64,000 nucleotides of DNA from Eledone cirrhosa (Eukaryota): the NCBI GenBank assembly GCA_964016885.1, contig OZ024755.1, positions 38,130,001 through 38,194,000 of the forward strand, written 5' to 3'. Below the pieces are notes generated by a model. The model ran no database searches. It had not been told where the DNA came from and saw only the letters and a list, made by a program, of their open reading frames with translations. Made by a program: the position numbers and the translations under genes. Below, one piece after another: positions 11,090 through 25,634 of the stretch (positions are counted from its first letter, which is position 1; every line of letters begins with the position of its first letter).

Positions 11090-11409
11090 AAATGTAATCT
11101 GAGTTTTTTGAATATTAATAATAACATTCGATTCGTTTGCAATTATGCAGGCATGTCTTAATTTTATAGCCATATCAGTAGAATGAAAACTTCATTCTTG
11201 CTCTTGTGTTGGCATGCGAACAGAACTGCAGACACTAATGATTCTGGGTATCACCCTTCATCAGTACAGCTCACTGTTCACCTGCCAAACTGTCAGAGCA
11301 AGAATGAAGTGTTCATTCTACTGACATGGCTATAAAATTGAGGCTTGTTTGCATAAGTGCAAACAAACAGAATGTTATTATTAATATTCGAAAAACACAG
11401 ATTTCATTT
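11090..11409. repeat. Approx. 320-bp fold-back element with a degenerate hammerhead-like centre
   Basis: Imperfect inverted arms extend almost to the centre, whose minus strand reads CTGATGA-A-GGGT-GAT-ACCC-A-GAATC. A half copy lies at about 40271-40357. Confidence 0.75.
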
Positions 11410-11427
11410 CTACAAATATATATGTAT

Positions 11428-11753
11428 GGAGGCACATGGCTTAGTGGTTAGAGCATTGGCCTTGCAATCGAAAGGTTGTGAGTTCAATTCTCAGACCGGG
11501 TGATGTGTTGTTTCCTTGAGCAAGACACTTTATTTCACATTGCTCCAGTTTACTCAGCTGTAGAAATGAGATGATAGGGACTGGGGCCCATATCATTCCA
11601 CTGCAAAGTGGACGTGGAGGTGCCACGGCAAAAAAGCACCCAGTACTCACTGTAAATGAGGTTGGTGTTAGGAAGGGCATCCAGCTGTAGAAATCAAGCC
11701 AGAATCAGTTCCTGTTCCACCCTTGCAAGCAGGGAAAAAGTGGACGTAAAATG
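11428..11753 (+). mobile_element. SINE-A, full length
   Basis: Near-identical to 6575-6913. Confidence 0.9.
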
Positions 11754-11764
11754 AATATATATAT

Positions 11765-11960
11765 AACGAAGGAATTGTGGTAAGGAACCAGATGGACCAT
11801 AACGCACCAAAGTACTCAATACTTAGGGTAGTAGAGTGGATAATAGGAACAAGTATGACCCCCAACGGCAGAGCTCAAGCCGTTTCGACGGCTATTTCTG
11901 GAGTCCAGAAATAGCTGTCGAAATGGCTTGAACTCTGCCGTCGGGGTCATATTGTTCCTA
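11765..11960 (-). mobile_element. (TA)n-embedded hairpin-plus-tail element (family H1)
   Basis: Palindrome 11844-11960 plus a unique tail of about 80 bp; homologous to 41405-41598 (opposite orientation) and 21551-21681; TA repeats on both sides. Confidence 0.8.
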
Positions 11961-12744
11961 TATATATATATATAAAGTTGTAGTACCTGTCTGTCTGTTT
12001 GTTTGTTCACGAACTCCTCCTATGGTTTTGGAGATAGACCCACCATAACCATATATATTCTGAAACTACATTGCCCAGGGTACTTGGATAAGTATATTTC
12101 ATTTTAATCAAAGGGTTCCCTGGGGGCACAAACCCCCCGCTGAAAATGTTTTCCCTTTGATTCATATGAAATTTAAACCATAGGCAAATGACAAGATATG
12201 ATGCCTATTCACAAAATTTCAGCAAATTTCAATAATATTAAGACAACCTAATAGGTGAACATTTTGGAATAATAAAATAATGTTTTACACACAAATGAAA
12301 TAATTAAGTTTTGAATTGATATTTTGAAAAAAGATTATTTACAAGAAACAAAATAAGAATAAGATTTAATAATGTAATTTTAATTTGATATATTACAAAA
12401 AATAATTGTTTCTACTTTTGGCACAAGGCCAGCAATTACCCAGTGTATTACTGATACTTTATTTTATCGACCCCGTAAAGATGAAAGGCAAAGTTAACCT
12501 GGGCGGGATTTGAACTCAGAATGGCAAGGGCCGTAACTGTGCTGCAAAGCAGGGCGTCCGACCCTCTACCGATACCTATTACAAAAAATAATCTTTTCCA
12601 ATGTTTCATGCATTACATTTTACATTGAGTAATATTGAAATGCAGAGTTTTTCTCCATAAATTATATCACTGATTTAAAATCAATCATCATTTTCTTACA
12701 AAAAAAATGTGTGAAACGCAGCAAGGTGCGGGTAATTTGGCTAG
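11961..12744 (+). mobile_element. Non-autonomous Helitron-like element containing a SINE-B
   Basis: 5' TATATATAAAG...(TGTC/TGTT)n; 3' hairpin CGCA-GCAAGG-TGCG, a 10-nt spacer, then CTAG|T at 12741-12745. Confidence 0.6.
12407..12576 (-). mobile_element. SINE-B with 16-bp TSD
   Basis: TSD TATTACAAAAAATAAT at 12391-12406 and 12577-12592. Confidence 0.9.
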
Positions 12745-12926
12745 TATTTATATAATTTAGTATATAGAGAAGAATGAAGAATAACATGGTCGGCTGTACA
12801 ATAGGTTTTATTTACAGTATTAATAATTGTTTCTTTAATCAGGTGAGTTTAAAAGTTGCTGATTGTTAGCAGTTATGTCACTCAACCTTAATTACAGTCT
12901 ATACCTGATCAAATCTTCAGAATACT

Positions 12927-13905
<979 letters not shown>

Positions 13906-13909
<4 letters not shown>

Positions 13910-14325
13910 ACTGGACTGAGACCTTTGGCGGTACTCAGTAATAGAGAAGACCCGCCTTACCTAAATACAAAGTAAAACCTACTACAGTCAGTAGGCATCT
14001 CTAACAAAATACACCCCCGTGCCACCACCCCCACCCCATCCATACTGCCCCTTTCAATGTAAAGTTATGTTGGTGCCACAACAAATGAGATCGTGTAGGT
14101 GTCACGTAAAAAAAAACACACAGTTCACACTGTAATGTGGCCGTGTAGGCAACACGGTAAAAACCTCCCAGCCCCACACTGTAAATGTGGTTGGTGTTAG
14201 GAAGGGCATCCAGCTGTAGAAAACCCGCCAGATAGTCCTATGCGAGCAAGATAATCACTCTTGCCTCAAGTGGGAAAACCCCTGTCCAAACACGGACGCT
14301 AAACCTTGATGATAATGATGATGAT
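13906..14325 (+). mobile_element. 3' end of RTE LINE family (last codons + 3' UTR)
   Basis: Homologous to 45377-45883 and LINE 10080-10395; GGTGTTAGGAAGGGCATCCAGCTGTAGAAA; (TGA)n tail. Confidence 0.85.
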
Positions 14326-14359
14326 ATATATATATAAAGTGTGTGTGTGTGTGTGCAAT

Positions 14360-15370
14360 TTCATTATGTGTGAATGATAAAGCATGGATGTGCTGAGAGG
14401 AAAGCTAGGTATAAGAAGAATCAGATGTAGTGTGCAAGGGAGAAGACTGCTCTGGTATGGACATGTTTTCCATTGGATGAGGATAGTTGGGTGAAGAAGT
14501 ACCAAGGAAGCTGTTGTAGAAGAAGACCTGGGCAGAAGTGGTGAGAGGTGATGTTAAATCACTGAAAAGGTGGTAGAGGACTGTAATGTGTGGAGAGGTG
14601 GTGTGCTGGCTAACAGCTCTCCAATCCAGGCATGGAAAAGGTGGTAGAGGACTGTAATGTGTGGAGAGGTGGTGTGCTGGCTAACAGCTCTCCAATCAAG
14701 GCATGGAAAAGGTGGTAGAGGACTGTAATGTGTGGAGAGGTGGTGTGCTGGCTAACAGCTCTCCAATCCAGGCATGGAAAAGGTGGTAGAGGACTGTAAT
14801 GTGTGGAGAGGTGGTGTGCTGGCTAACAGCTCTCCAATCCAGGCATAGAAAAGGTGGTAGAGGACTGTAATGTGTGGAGAGGTGGTGTGCTGGCTAACAG
14901 CTCTCCAATCCAGGCATGGAAAAGGTGGTAGAGGACTGTAATGTGTGGAGAGGTGGTGTGCTGGCTAACAGCTCTCCAATCCAGGCATGGAAAAGGTGGT
15001 AGAGGACTGTAATGTGTGGAGAGGTGGTGTGCTGGCTAACAGCTCTCCAATCCAGGCATGGAAAAGGTGGTAGAGGACTGTAATGTGTGGAGAGGTGGTG
15101 TGCTGGCTAACAGCTCTCCAATCCAGGCATGGAAAAGGTGGTAGAGGACTGTAATGTGTGGAGAGGTGGTGTGCTGGCTAACAGCTCTCCAATCCAGGCA
15201 TGGAAAAGGTGGTAGAGGACTGTAATGTGTGGAGAGGTGGTGTGCTGGCTAACAGCTCTCCAATCCAGGCATGGAAAAGGTGGTAGAGGACTGTAATGTG
15301 TGGAGAGGTGGTGTGCTGGCTAACAGCTCTCCAATCCAGGCATGGAAAAGCAACGTAAAATGATGATAAT
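14360..15370 (+). mobile_element. Old RTE 3' remnant whose end is amplified as a 71-bp x11 tandem array
   Basis: 14390-14560 encodes LRGKLGIRRIRCSVQGRRLLWYGHV; 71-bp units run from 14564 to about 15345; ends with the RTE-type tail CATGGAAAAGCAACGTAAAATGATGAT. Confidence 0.85.
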
Positions 15371-15644
15371 AATTGCATTACACACACACACTTACACACA
15401 CTTACACACACTCACACACACACTCACACACACACTTACACACACTCACACACACTCTCACACACACACTCTCACACACACTTACACACACACACTTACA
15501 CACACTCACACACACGCTCACACACTTACATACACACACACTCTCTCACACACTCTGAATCTCTCTCCCTCCCTCTCTCTCTCACATACAGTGTCCTGTA
15601 AGTCTGTCCCATAACTGTCTTTTTAAGATATCTGAGTTTAATAA

Positions 15645-18460
15645 GAAGGTATTGTAAGGAGCTGTGTGTGTGTGTGTTATAAGGTATGTGTGTGTGTGTG
15701 TTATAAGGTATGTGTGTGTGTGTGTTATAAGGTATGTGTGTGTGTGTGTTATATGGTATGTGTGTGTGTGTTATAAGGAGATGTGTGTGTGTGTGTTATA
15801 AGGAGATGTGTGTGTGTGTATTGTAAGGAGCTGTGTGTGTGTGTGTTATAAGGTATGTGTGTGTGTGTGTTATATGGTATGTGTGTGTGTGTGTTATAAG
15901 GTATGTGTGTGTGTATGTTATAAGATGTGTGTGTATGTTATAAGGTATGTGTGTGTGTGTTATAAGGTATGTGTGTGTGTGTTATAAGGTATGTGTGTGT
16001 ATTATAAGGTATGTGTGTGTGTGTGTTATAAGGTATGTGTGTGTGTATTATATGGTATGTGTGTGTGTGTTATAAGGAGATGTGTGTGTGTGTGTTATAA
16101 GGTATGTGTGTGTGTGTTATAAAGAGATGTGTGTGTGTGTTATAAGGTGTGTGTGTGTGTATTATATGGTATGTGTGTGTGTGTTATAAGGAGATGTGTG
16201 TGTGTGTTATAAGGTATGTGTGTGTGTATTATATGGTATGTGTGTGTGTGTTATCAGGAGATGTGTGTGTGTGTTATAAGGTATGTGTGTGTGTGTATTA
16301 TATGGTATGTGTGTGTGTGTTATAAGGAGCTATGTATGTGTATTATAAGATATGTGTGTGTATTATAAGGAGCTATGTGTGTGTGTATTATAAGATGTGT
16401 GTGTATTATAAGGAGCTATGTGTGTGTGTATTATAAGATATGTGTGTGTATTATAAGGAGCTATATGTGTGTGTGTATTATAAGATATGTGTGTGTATTA
16501 TAAGGAGCTATGTGTGTGTGTATTATAAGATATGTGTGTGTATTATAAGGAGCTATGTATGTGTGTATTATAAGATATGTGTGTGTATTATAAGGAGCTA
16601 TGTGTGTGTGTATTATAAGATATGTGTGTGTATTATAAGGAGCTATGTGTGTGTGTATTATAAGATATGTGTGTGTATTATAAGGAGCTATGTGTGTGTG
16701 TATTATAAGATATGTGTGTGTATTATAAGGAGCTATGTGTGTTGTGTGTATTATAAGATGTGTGTGTGTATTATAAGGAGCTATGTGTGTGTGTATTATA
16801 AGGAGCTATGTGTGTGTGTATTATAAGATATGTGTGTGTATGTTTATAAGATATATGTGTGTATGTTTATAAGATATGTGTGTGTGTATTATAAGGAGCT
16901 ATGTGTGTGTGTATTATAAGATATGTGTGTGTATTATAAGGAGCTATGTGTGTGTGTATTATAAGATATGTGTGTGTATTATAAGGAGCTATGTGTGTGT
17001 GTATTATAAGATATGTGTGTGTATTATAAGGAGCTATGTGTGTGTGTATTATAAGGAGCTATGTGTGTGTGTATTATAAGATATGTGTGTGTATTATAAG
17101 GAGCTATGTGTGTGTATTATAAGGAGCTATGTGTGTGTGTATTATAAGATATGTGTGTGTATTATAAGGAGCTATGTGTGTGTGTATTATAAGATGTGTG
17201 TGTGTATTATAAGATATGTGTGTGTATTATAAGGAGCTGTGTGTGTGTATTATAAGATGTGTGTGTATTATAATATATGTGTGTGTATTATAAGGAGCTA
17301 TGTGTGTGTGTATTATAAGGAGCTATGTGTGTGTGTATTATAAGATATGTGTGTGTATTATAAGGAGCTATGTGTGTGTATTATAAGGAGCTATGTGTGT
17401 GTGTATTATAAGATATGTGTGTGTATTATAAGGAGCTATGTGTGTGTGTATTATAAGATATGTGTGTGTATTATAAGGAGCTATGTATGTGTGTTTTATA
17501 AGATGTGTGTGTGTATTATAAGGAGCTATGTGTGTGTGTATTATAAGATATGTGTGTGTATTATAAGGAGCTATGTGTGTGTGTATTATAAGGAGCTATG
17601 TGTGTGTGTATTATAAGATATGTGTGTGTATTATAAGGAGCTGTGTGTGTGTATTATAAGATGTGTGTGTATTATAATATATGTGTGTGTATTATAAGGA
17701 GCTATGTGTGTGTATTATAAGGAGCTATGTGTGTGTGTATTATAAGATATGTGTGTGTATTATAAGGAGCTATGTGTGTGTGTATTATAAGATATGTGTG
17801 TGTATTATAAGGAGCTATGTGTGTGTGTATTATAAGATATGTGTGTGTATTATAAGGAGCTATGTGTGTGTGTATTATAAGATATGTGTGTGTATTATAA
17901 GGAGCTATGTGTGTGTGTATTATAAGATATGTGTGTGTATTATAAGGAGCTATGTGTGTGTGTATTATAAGATGTATGTGTCTATTATAAGATATGTGTG
18001 TGTATTATAAGGAGCTATGTGTGTGTGTATTATAAGATATGTGTGTGTATTATAAGGAGCTATGTGTGTGTGTATTATAAGATATGTGTATGTATTATAA
18101 GGAGCTATGTGTGTGTGTATTATAAGATATGTGTGTGTATTATAAGGAGCTATGTGTGTGTGTATTATAAGATATGTGTGTGTATTATAAGGAGCTATGT
18201 GTGTGTGTATTATAAGATATGTGTGTGTATTATAAGGAGCTATGTGTGTGTGTATTATAAGATATGTGTGTGTATTATAAGGAGCTATGTGTGTGTGTAT
18301 TATAAGATGTGTGTGTGTATTATAAGGAGCTATGTGTGTGTGTATTATAAGGAGCTATGTGTGTTGTGTGTATTATAAGGAGCTATGTGTGTGTGTATTA
18401 TAAGATATGTGTGTGTATTATAAGAAGCTATGTGTGTGTGTATTATAAGGAGCTATGTAT
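15645..18460. repeat. (TG)n-based minisatellite maturing into a 45-bp dimeric unit
   Basis: TATTATAAGGAGCTATGTGTGTGTG and TATTATAAGATATGTGTGTG alternate. Confidence 0.95.
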
Positions 18461-18524
18461 TGGGGGTTATTGATTAGAAATCTTGCTTATTTTATTCCAC
18501 TAACACCTGACTACCAGCATCTCC

Positions 18525-18548
18525 ACCATCATCTCAACTACTACCTTG

Positions 18549-18580
<32 letters not shown>

Positions 18581-18772
18581 CAGTACTACTTCTACTACCA
18601 CTACTACTAATACCACCACCAATACTACCTTGACCACTACGACTACTACTACTACTACCTTGACTACCACCACCAGTACTACTACCACCACCAGTACTAC
18701 TACTTCTACCACCACCACTACTACTACCACTACCACCACCACTACTACCACTACCACCATTACCACTACTAT
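18525..18772. repeat. (CTA/CCA)n microsatellite
   Basis: Directly visible. Confidence 0.9.
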
Positions 18773-18981
18773 CAGGATGTGTTGAGACTGGAAAGTTTGT
18801 ATTTGTTTAGCTGAAATAGTGATTTGGGATAGAGACACCCAGGTGTGTGTGTGGGTGGGTGTCTGTGGGTGTGTGTGGGTGTGTGTCTGTGTGTCTGTGG
18901 GTGTGTTTCTGTGTGTGTGTGTGTGTGTGTCTGTGTGTGTATGTCTGTGTGTGTGAACCTGGGGTAGAGATGATGAAATAG

Positions 18982-20180
18982 TGTTTAGATGGTGGTGGTG
19001 GTGGTGGTGGTAAGATGTTTAGATGGTGGTGGTGGTGGTAAGATGTTTAGATGGTGGTGGTGGTGGTAGTAAGATGTTTAGATGGTGGTGGTGGTGGTAG
19101 TAAGATGTTTAGATGGTGGTGGTGGTGGTAGTAAGATGTTTAGATGGTGGTGGTGGTGGTAGTAAGATGTTTAGATGGTGGTGGTGGTGGTAGTAAGATG
19201 TTTAGATGGTGGTGGTGGTGGTAGTAAGATGTTTAGATGGTGGTGGTGGTGGTAGTAAGATGTTTAGATGGTGGTGGTGGTGGTAGTAAGATGTTTAGAT
19301 GGTGGTGGTGGTGGTAGTAAGATGTTTAGATGGTGGTGGTGGTGGTTGTAAGGTGTTTAGATGGTGGTGGTGGTGGTAGTAAGATGTTTAGATGGTGGTG
19401 GTGGTGGTAGTAAGATGTTTAGATGGTGGTGGTGGTGGTAGTAAGATGTTTAGATGGTGGTGGTGGTGGTAGTAAGATGTTTAGATGGTGGTGGTGGTGG
19501 TAGTAAGATGTTTAGATGGTGGTGGTGGTGGTAGTAAGATGTTTAGATGGTGGTGGTGGTGGTAGTAAGATGTTTAGATGGTGGTGGTGGTGGTAGTAAG
19601 ATGTTTAGATGGTGGTGGTGGTGGTAGTAAGATGTTTAGATGGTGGTGGTGGTGGTAGTAAGATGTTTAGATGGTGGTGGTGGTGGTGGTAGTAAGATGT
19701 TTAGATGGTGGTGGTGGTGGTGGTAGTAAGATGTTTAGATGGTGGTGGTGGTGGTAGTAAGATGTTTAGATGGTGGTGGTGGTGGTGGTAAGATGTTTAG
19801 ATGGTGGTGGTGGTGGTGGTAGTAAGATGTTTAGATGGTGGTGGTGGTGGTAGTAAGATGTTTAGATGGTGGTGGTGGTGGTAGTAAGATGTTTAGATGG
19901 TGGTGGTGGTGGTAGTAAGATGTTTAGATGGTGGTGGTGGTGGTTGTAAGGTGTTTAGGTGGTGGTGGTGGTAGTAAGGTGTTTAGGTGATGGCGGTGGT
20001 AAGGTGTGTAGGTGATGGTGGTGGTGGTGGTAAGGTGTTTAGGTGGTGGTGGTGGTGGTAAGGTGTTTAGGTGATGGTGAGGTGTTTAGGTGATGGTGGT
20101 GGTGAGGTGTTTAGGTGATGGTGGTAGTGGTGGTGGCAGTGGAGGTGGCAGTAAAGTGTTTAGGTGGTGGTGGTGGTAAG
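18982..20180. repeat. 31-bp minisatellite GTAAGATGTTTAGAT(GGT)5A
   Basis: Period 31 (e.g. 19101 and 19132), degenerating at the right end. Confidence 0.95.
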
Positions 20181-20606
20181 ACGTTATCTGACCTTGGATT
20201 TATCAGCTTCTTGTTATTATTTATGTTAGTAGTTTTTAATATTTATTTGGTAATTAATAAATGCAGGTAGCCTGCTTCCTTTGTTGTTCCACCATGATTG
20301 GTGTACAGCTAGTCACTGATGTCTTATCTGTCACTCCCATTTGGTAAGTCATACACATATATACACATATATATATATACACATATATATATATACACAT
20401 ATATATACACATATCATCATCATCATCATTGTTTAACGTCCATCTTCCACGATAGCATGGGTTAGACGGGAGTTGTCCCACTTGATATATATATACATAT
20501 ATACACGCACACACACATATACACATACATATATATATATATACATACATACACACATATATATATACATACGCATATATATATATATACACGCACACAC
20601 ACATAT

Positions 20607-20641
<35 letters not shown>

Positions 20642-20687
20642 CGTACATACACACATATATATATATATATACATACACATATATATA

Positions 20688-21296
20688 TGGTGGCTGCCAA
20701 CTCGTCTTCGAGTACGGCCACTACTTTATATCCATGTAGGAGAACCCCTACCGATGCGCTGAACGAGTGTGACTTTTTAGTCCAGCCAGCGACTTGAAAA
20801 CTCTGGTACAAACACTACACTTGTGACGATTATTGACACATAGTGCTGGGCCCATGGTACCCTGTGACGACAAGTGCAGAGAGATCTCCAGATATAAAGC
20901 AATGCCTGTGCCGTGAAGTTTTTATAGTGAGCAAAGGCACTGCACAAAGCCAGTCCCACTCTCTTAACCAAGATGATATTTACCAAAAAGAAGAACAAGT
21001 CAACATCATTGGATACCATCAGGGTTGGAGGTGTTATATCAGAGTTTTCCTTCTCCTAGAATTCTGCCTTCACAAAGGCTAAGGGGTCATCTCTCCCGGT
21101 GATTTTGGATGGCCATTGACTCTTAAGAGCTCCTTTGCCCTTTGACAGGTTTTGTTTTTAGTCCTGCAGGATGTCCAAAGTCGCCCTCCTCACCAAGAAA
21201 CCTTGGTGGGGTTGCCAGTTTAGTCGCCAACGACCCGACCATGAGACAGGTTGTACTGGGATACATGTTACCAGTAGCACCAACTGGTGACCTGAC
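20688..21296 (-). mobile_element. Non-coding interspersed element resembling an RTE 5' UTR
   Basis: The minus strand contains TCTAGGAGAAGGAAAACTCTGAT, which I recall from RTE 5' UTRs. A diverged homolog lies at about 34948-35245; both sides are flanked by TA/CA repeats. Confidence 0.5.
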
Positions 21297-21550
21297 ATAT
21301 ACATATATATATATATATATACACGCACACATACATATACACACACACATATATATATATACATACATACACATATATATATATATACATACACATATAT
21401 ATATATATACACGCACACACACACACATATATACATACATACACACATATATATACATACATACACACATACACATATGTATGCATACATACACACATAT
21501 ATATGTATATACATATACATACATGCATATATATATATATATATATATAT

Positions 21551-21681
21551 AACGAAGCAGGTGTGGTAAGGAACCAGAAGGACCATAACGCAGCAGAGTA
21601 CTCAATACTTAGGGTAGTAGTACAGTCCAGAAATAGCCGTCGAAACAGCTTGAGCTCTGCCATCGGGTTAAACATTTTCCT
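21551..21681 (-). mobile_element. Internally deleted family H1 element
   Basis: Same tail (AACGAAG...GTACTCAATACTTAGGGTAG) joined to only one hairpin arm; lies in (TA)n. Confidence 0.8.
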
Positions 21682-21705
21682 ATATATATATATGTATATA
21701 TATGT

Positions 21706-21739
<34 letters not shown>

Positions 21740-21808
21740 ATGTATATGTATATATATATGTATATATATATGTATATATATATGTATATATATATGTATA
21801 TGTATATA

Positions 21809-21843
<35 letters not shown>

Positions 21844-21844
21844 A

Positions 21845-21912
<68 letters not shown>

Positions 21913-21928
21913 GATATATATGTATATG

Positions 21929-21959
<31 letters not shown>

Positions 21960-21965
21960 GTATAT

Positions 21966-21997
<32 letters not shown>

Positions 21998-21998
21998 G

Positions 21999-22029
<31 letters not shown>

Positions 22030-22042
22030 GTATATGTATATA

Positions 22043-22097
<55 letters not shown>

Positions 22098-22110
22098 GTA
22101 TATGTATATG

Positions 22111-22141
<31 letters not shown>

Positions 22142-22320
22142 GTATATATATATGTATACATATATATGTATATATATATATGTATATTTATATGTATATA
22201 TATATATGTATATGTATATATATGAATATGTATATATATGTATATGTATATATATGTATATATATATATATATGTATATATGTATATATATATATACATA
22301 TATATATATATGTATATATG

Positions 22321-22373
<53 letters not shown>

Positions 22374-22531
22374 GTATATATGTATATATATATATATATG
22401 TATATGTATATATATATATGTATATGTATATATGTATATGTATATATATATATGTATATGTGTATATGTATATGTATATATATATGTATATGTGTATATG
22501 TATATGTATATATATATGTATATGTATATGT

Positions 22532-22563
<32 letters not shown>

Positions 22564-22573
22564 GTATATGTAT
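21682..22573. repeat. (TA)n/(TATG)n microsatellite
   Basis: Directly visible. Confidence 0.95.
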
Positions 22574-23416
22574 ATCATCATCATCATCATCATCAGGTTT
22601 AGCGTCCATATTCCACGCTTGCATGGGTTTGGACGGGGGTTTTCCCACTTGAAGCAAGAGTGGTTGTCTTGCTCGCATAGGACTGTCTGGCGGGTTTTCT
22701 ACAGTTGGATGCCCTTCCTAACACCAACCACATTTACAGTGTGGGGCTGGGAGGTTTTTACCGTGTTGCCTACACGGCCACATTACAGCGTGGACTGTCT
22801 GGCGGGTTTTCTACAGCTGGATGCCCTTCCTAACACCAACCACATTTACAGTGTGGGGCTGGGAGGTTTTTACCGTGTTGCCTACACGGCCACATTACAG
22901 CGTGGACTGTCTGGCGGGTTTTCTACAGCTGGATGCCCTTCCTAACACCAACCACATTTACAGTGTGGGGCTGGGAGGTTTTTACCGTGTTGCCTACACG
23001 GCCACATTACAGCGTGGACTGTCTGGCGGGTTTTCTACAGCTGGATGCCCTTCCTAACACCAACCACATTTACAGTGTGGGGCTGGGAGGTTTTTACCGT
23101 GTTGCCTACACGGCCACATTTACAGCGTGGACTGTGTGTTTTTTGTCGTGACACCTACACGATCTCATTTGTTTCGGCCTGGATGTTGTGGGACCAACAT
23201 AACTTTACATTGAAAGGGGCGGTGTGGGTGGGGTGGAGGTGGTGGGACGGGGGTGTGTTTTGATAGAGATGCCTACTGACTGTAGTAGGTTTTTACTTTG
23301 TATTTAGGTAAGGCGGGTCTTCTCTATTACTGAGTACCGCCAAAGGTCTCGGTCCAGTGACATTGTCTTGGAGAGGTGTAAGTGTGTGAGGTCGGAATTT
23401 ATCAGCTCGTCCCATG
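22574..23416 (-). mobile_element. RTE LINE 3'-end element with internal 112-bp x4 tandem repeat
   Basis: Reverse complement of 45377-45883; units start at 22681, 22793, 22905 and 23017. Confidence 0.9.
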
Positions 23417-25290
<1,874 letters not shown>

Positions 25291-25634
25291 TGATATGTAT
25301 TATCTCTTGTGGATTTCCTGTTATACTTTAGGTAAGGCCAGATTTATTTTGAAAATGTTATCTTTTAAACTCTTCTCTTGGTTCTATGATAGAAAATTAC
25401 TTATTTTAAAGTGTTGCTACCACAGTGAATTACTGGTATTGCTACCAAATCAAGCACTCTATGCACAGGCAGAGTGTATATAGAAAAACATGAGGAAGTC
25501 TTGTTTACATATAAAAGATGTTTATTGTGTATCAACCTGTTGTGCATGTTTTGCAGAGGTTTGGCGCCAGGGGACCCATAAGAGTTATGGACCAGACTCC
25601 ACTATCGATCTGCTCCTAAGACTGGTGATGTGAC

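Noticed and set aside
14564-15350. CRISPR-like arrays (also 37000, 53971, 56783, 60727, 61581)
   Set aside because: The units are contiguous with no unique spacers, there are no cas genes, and the context is eukaryotic.
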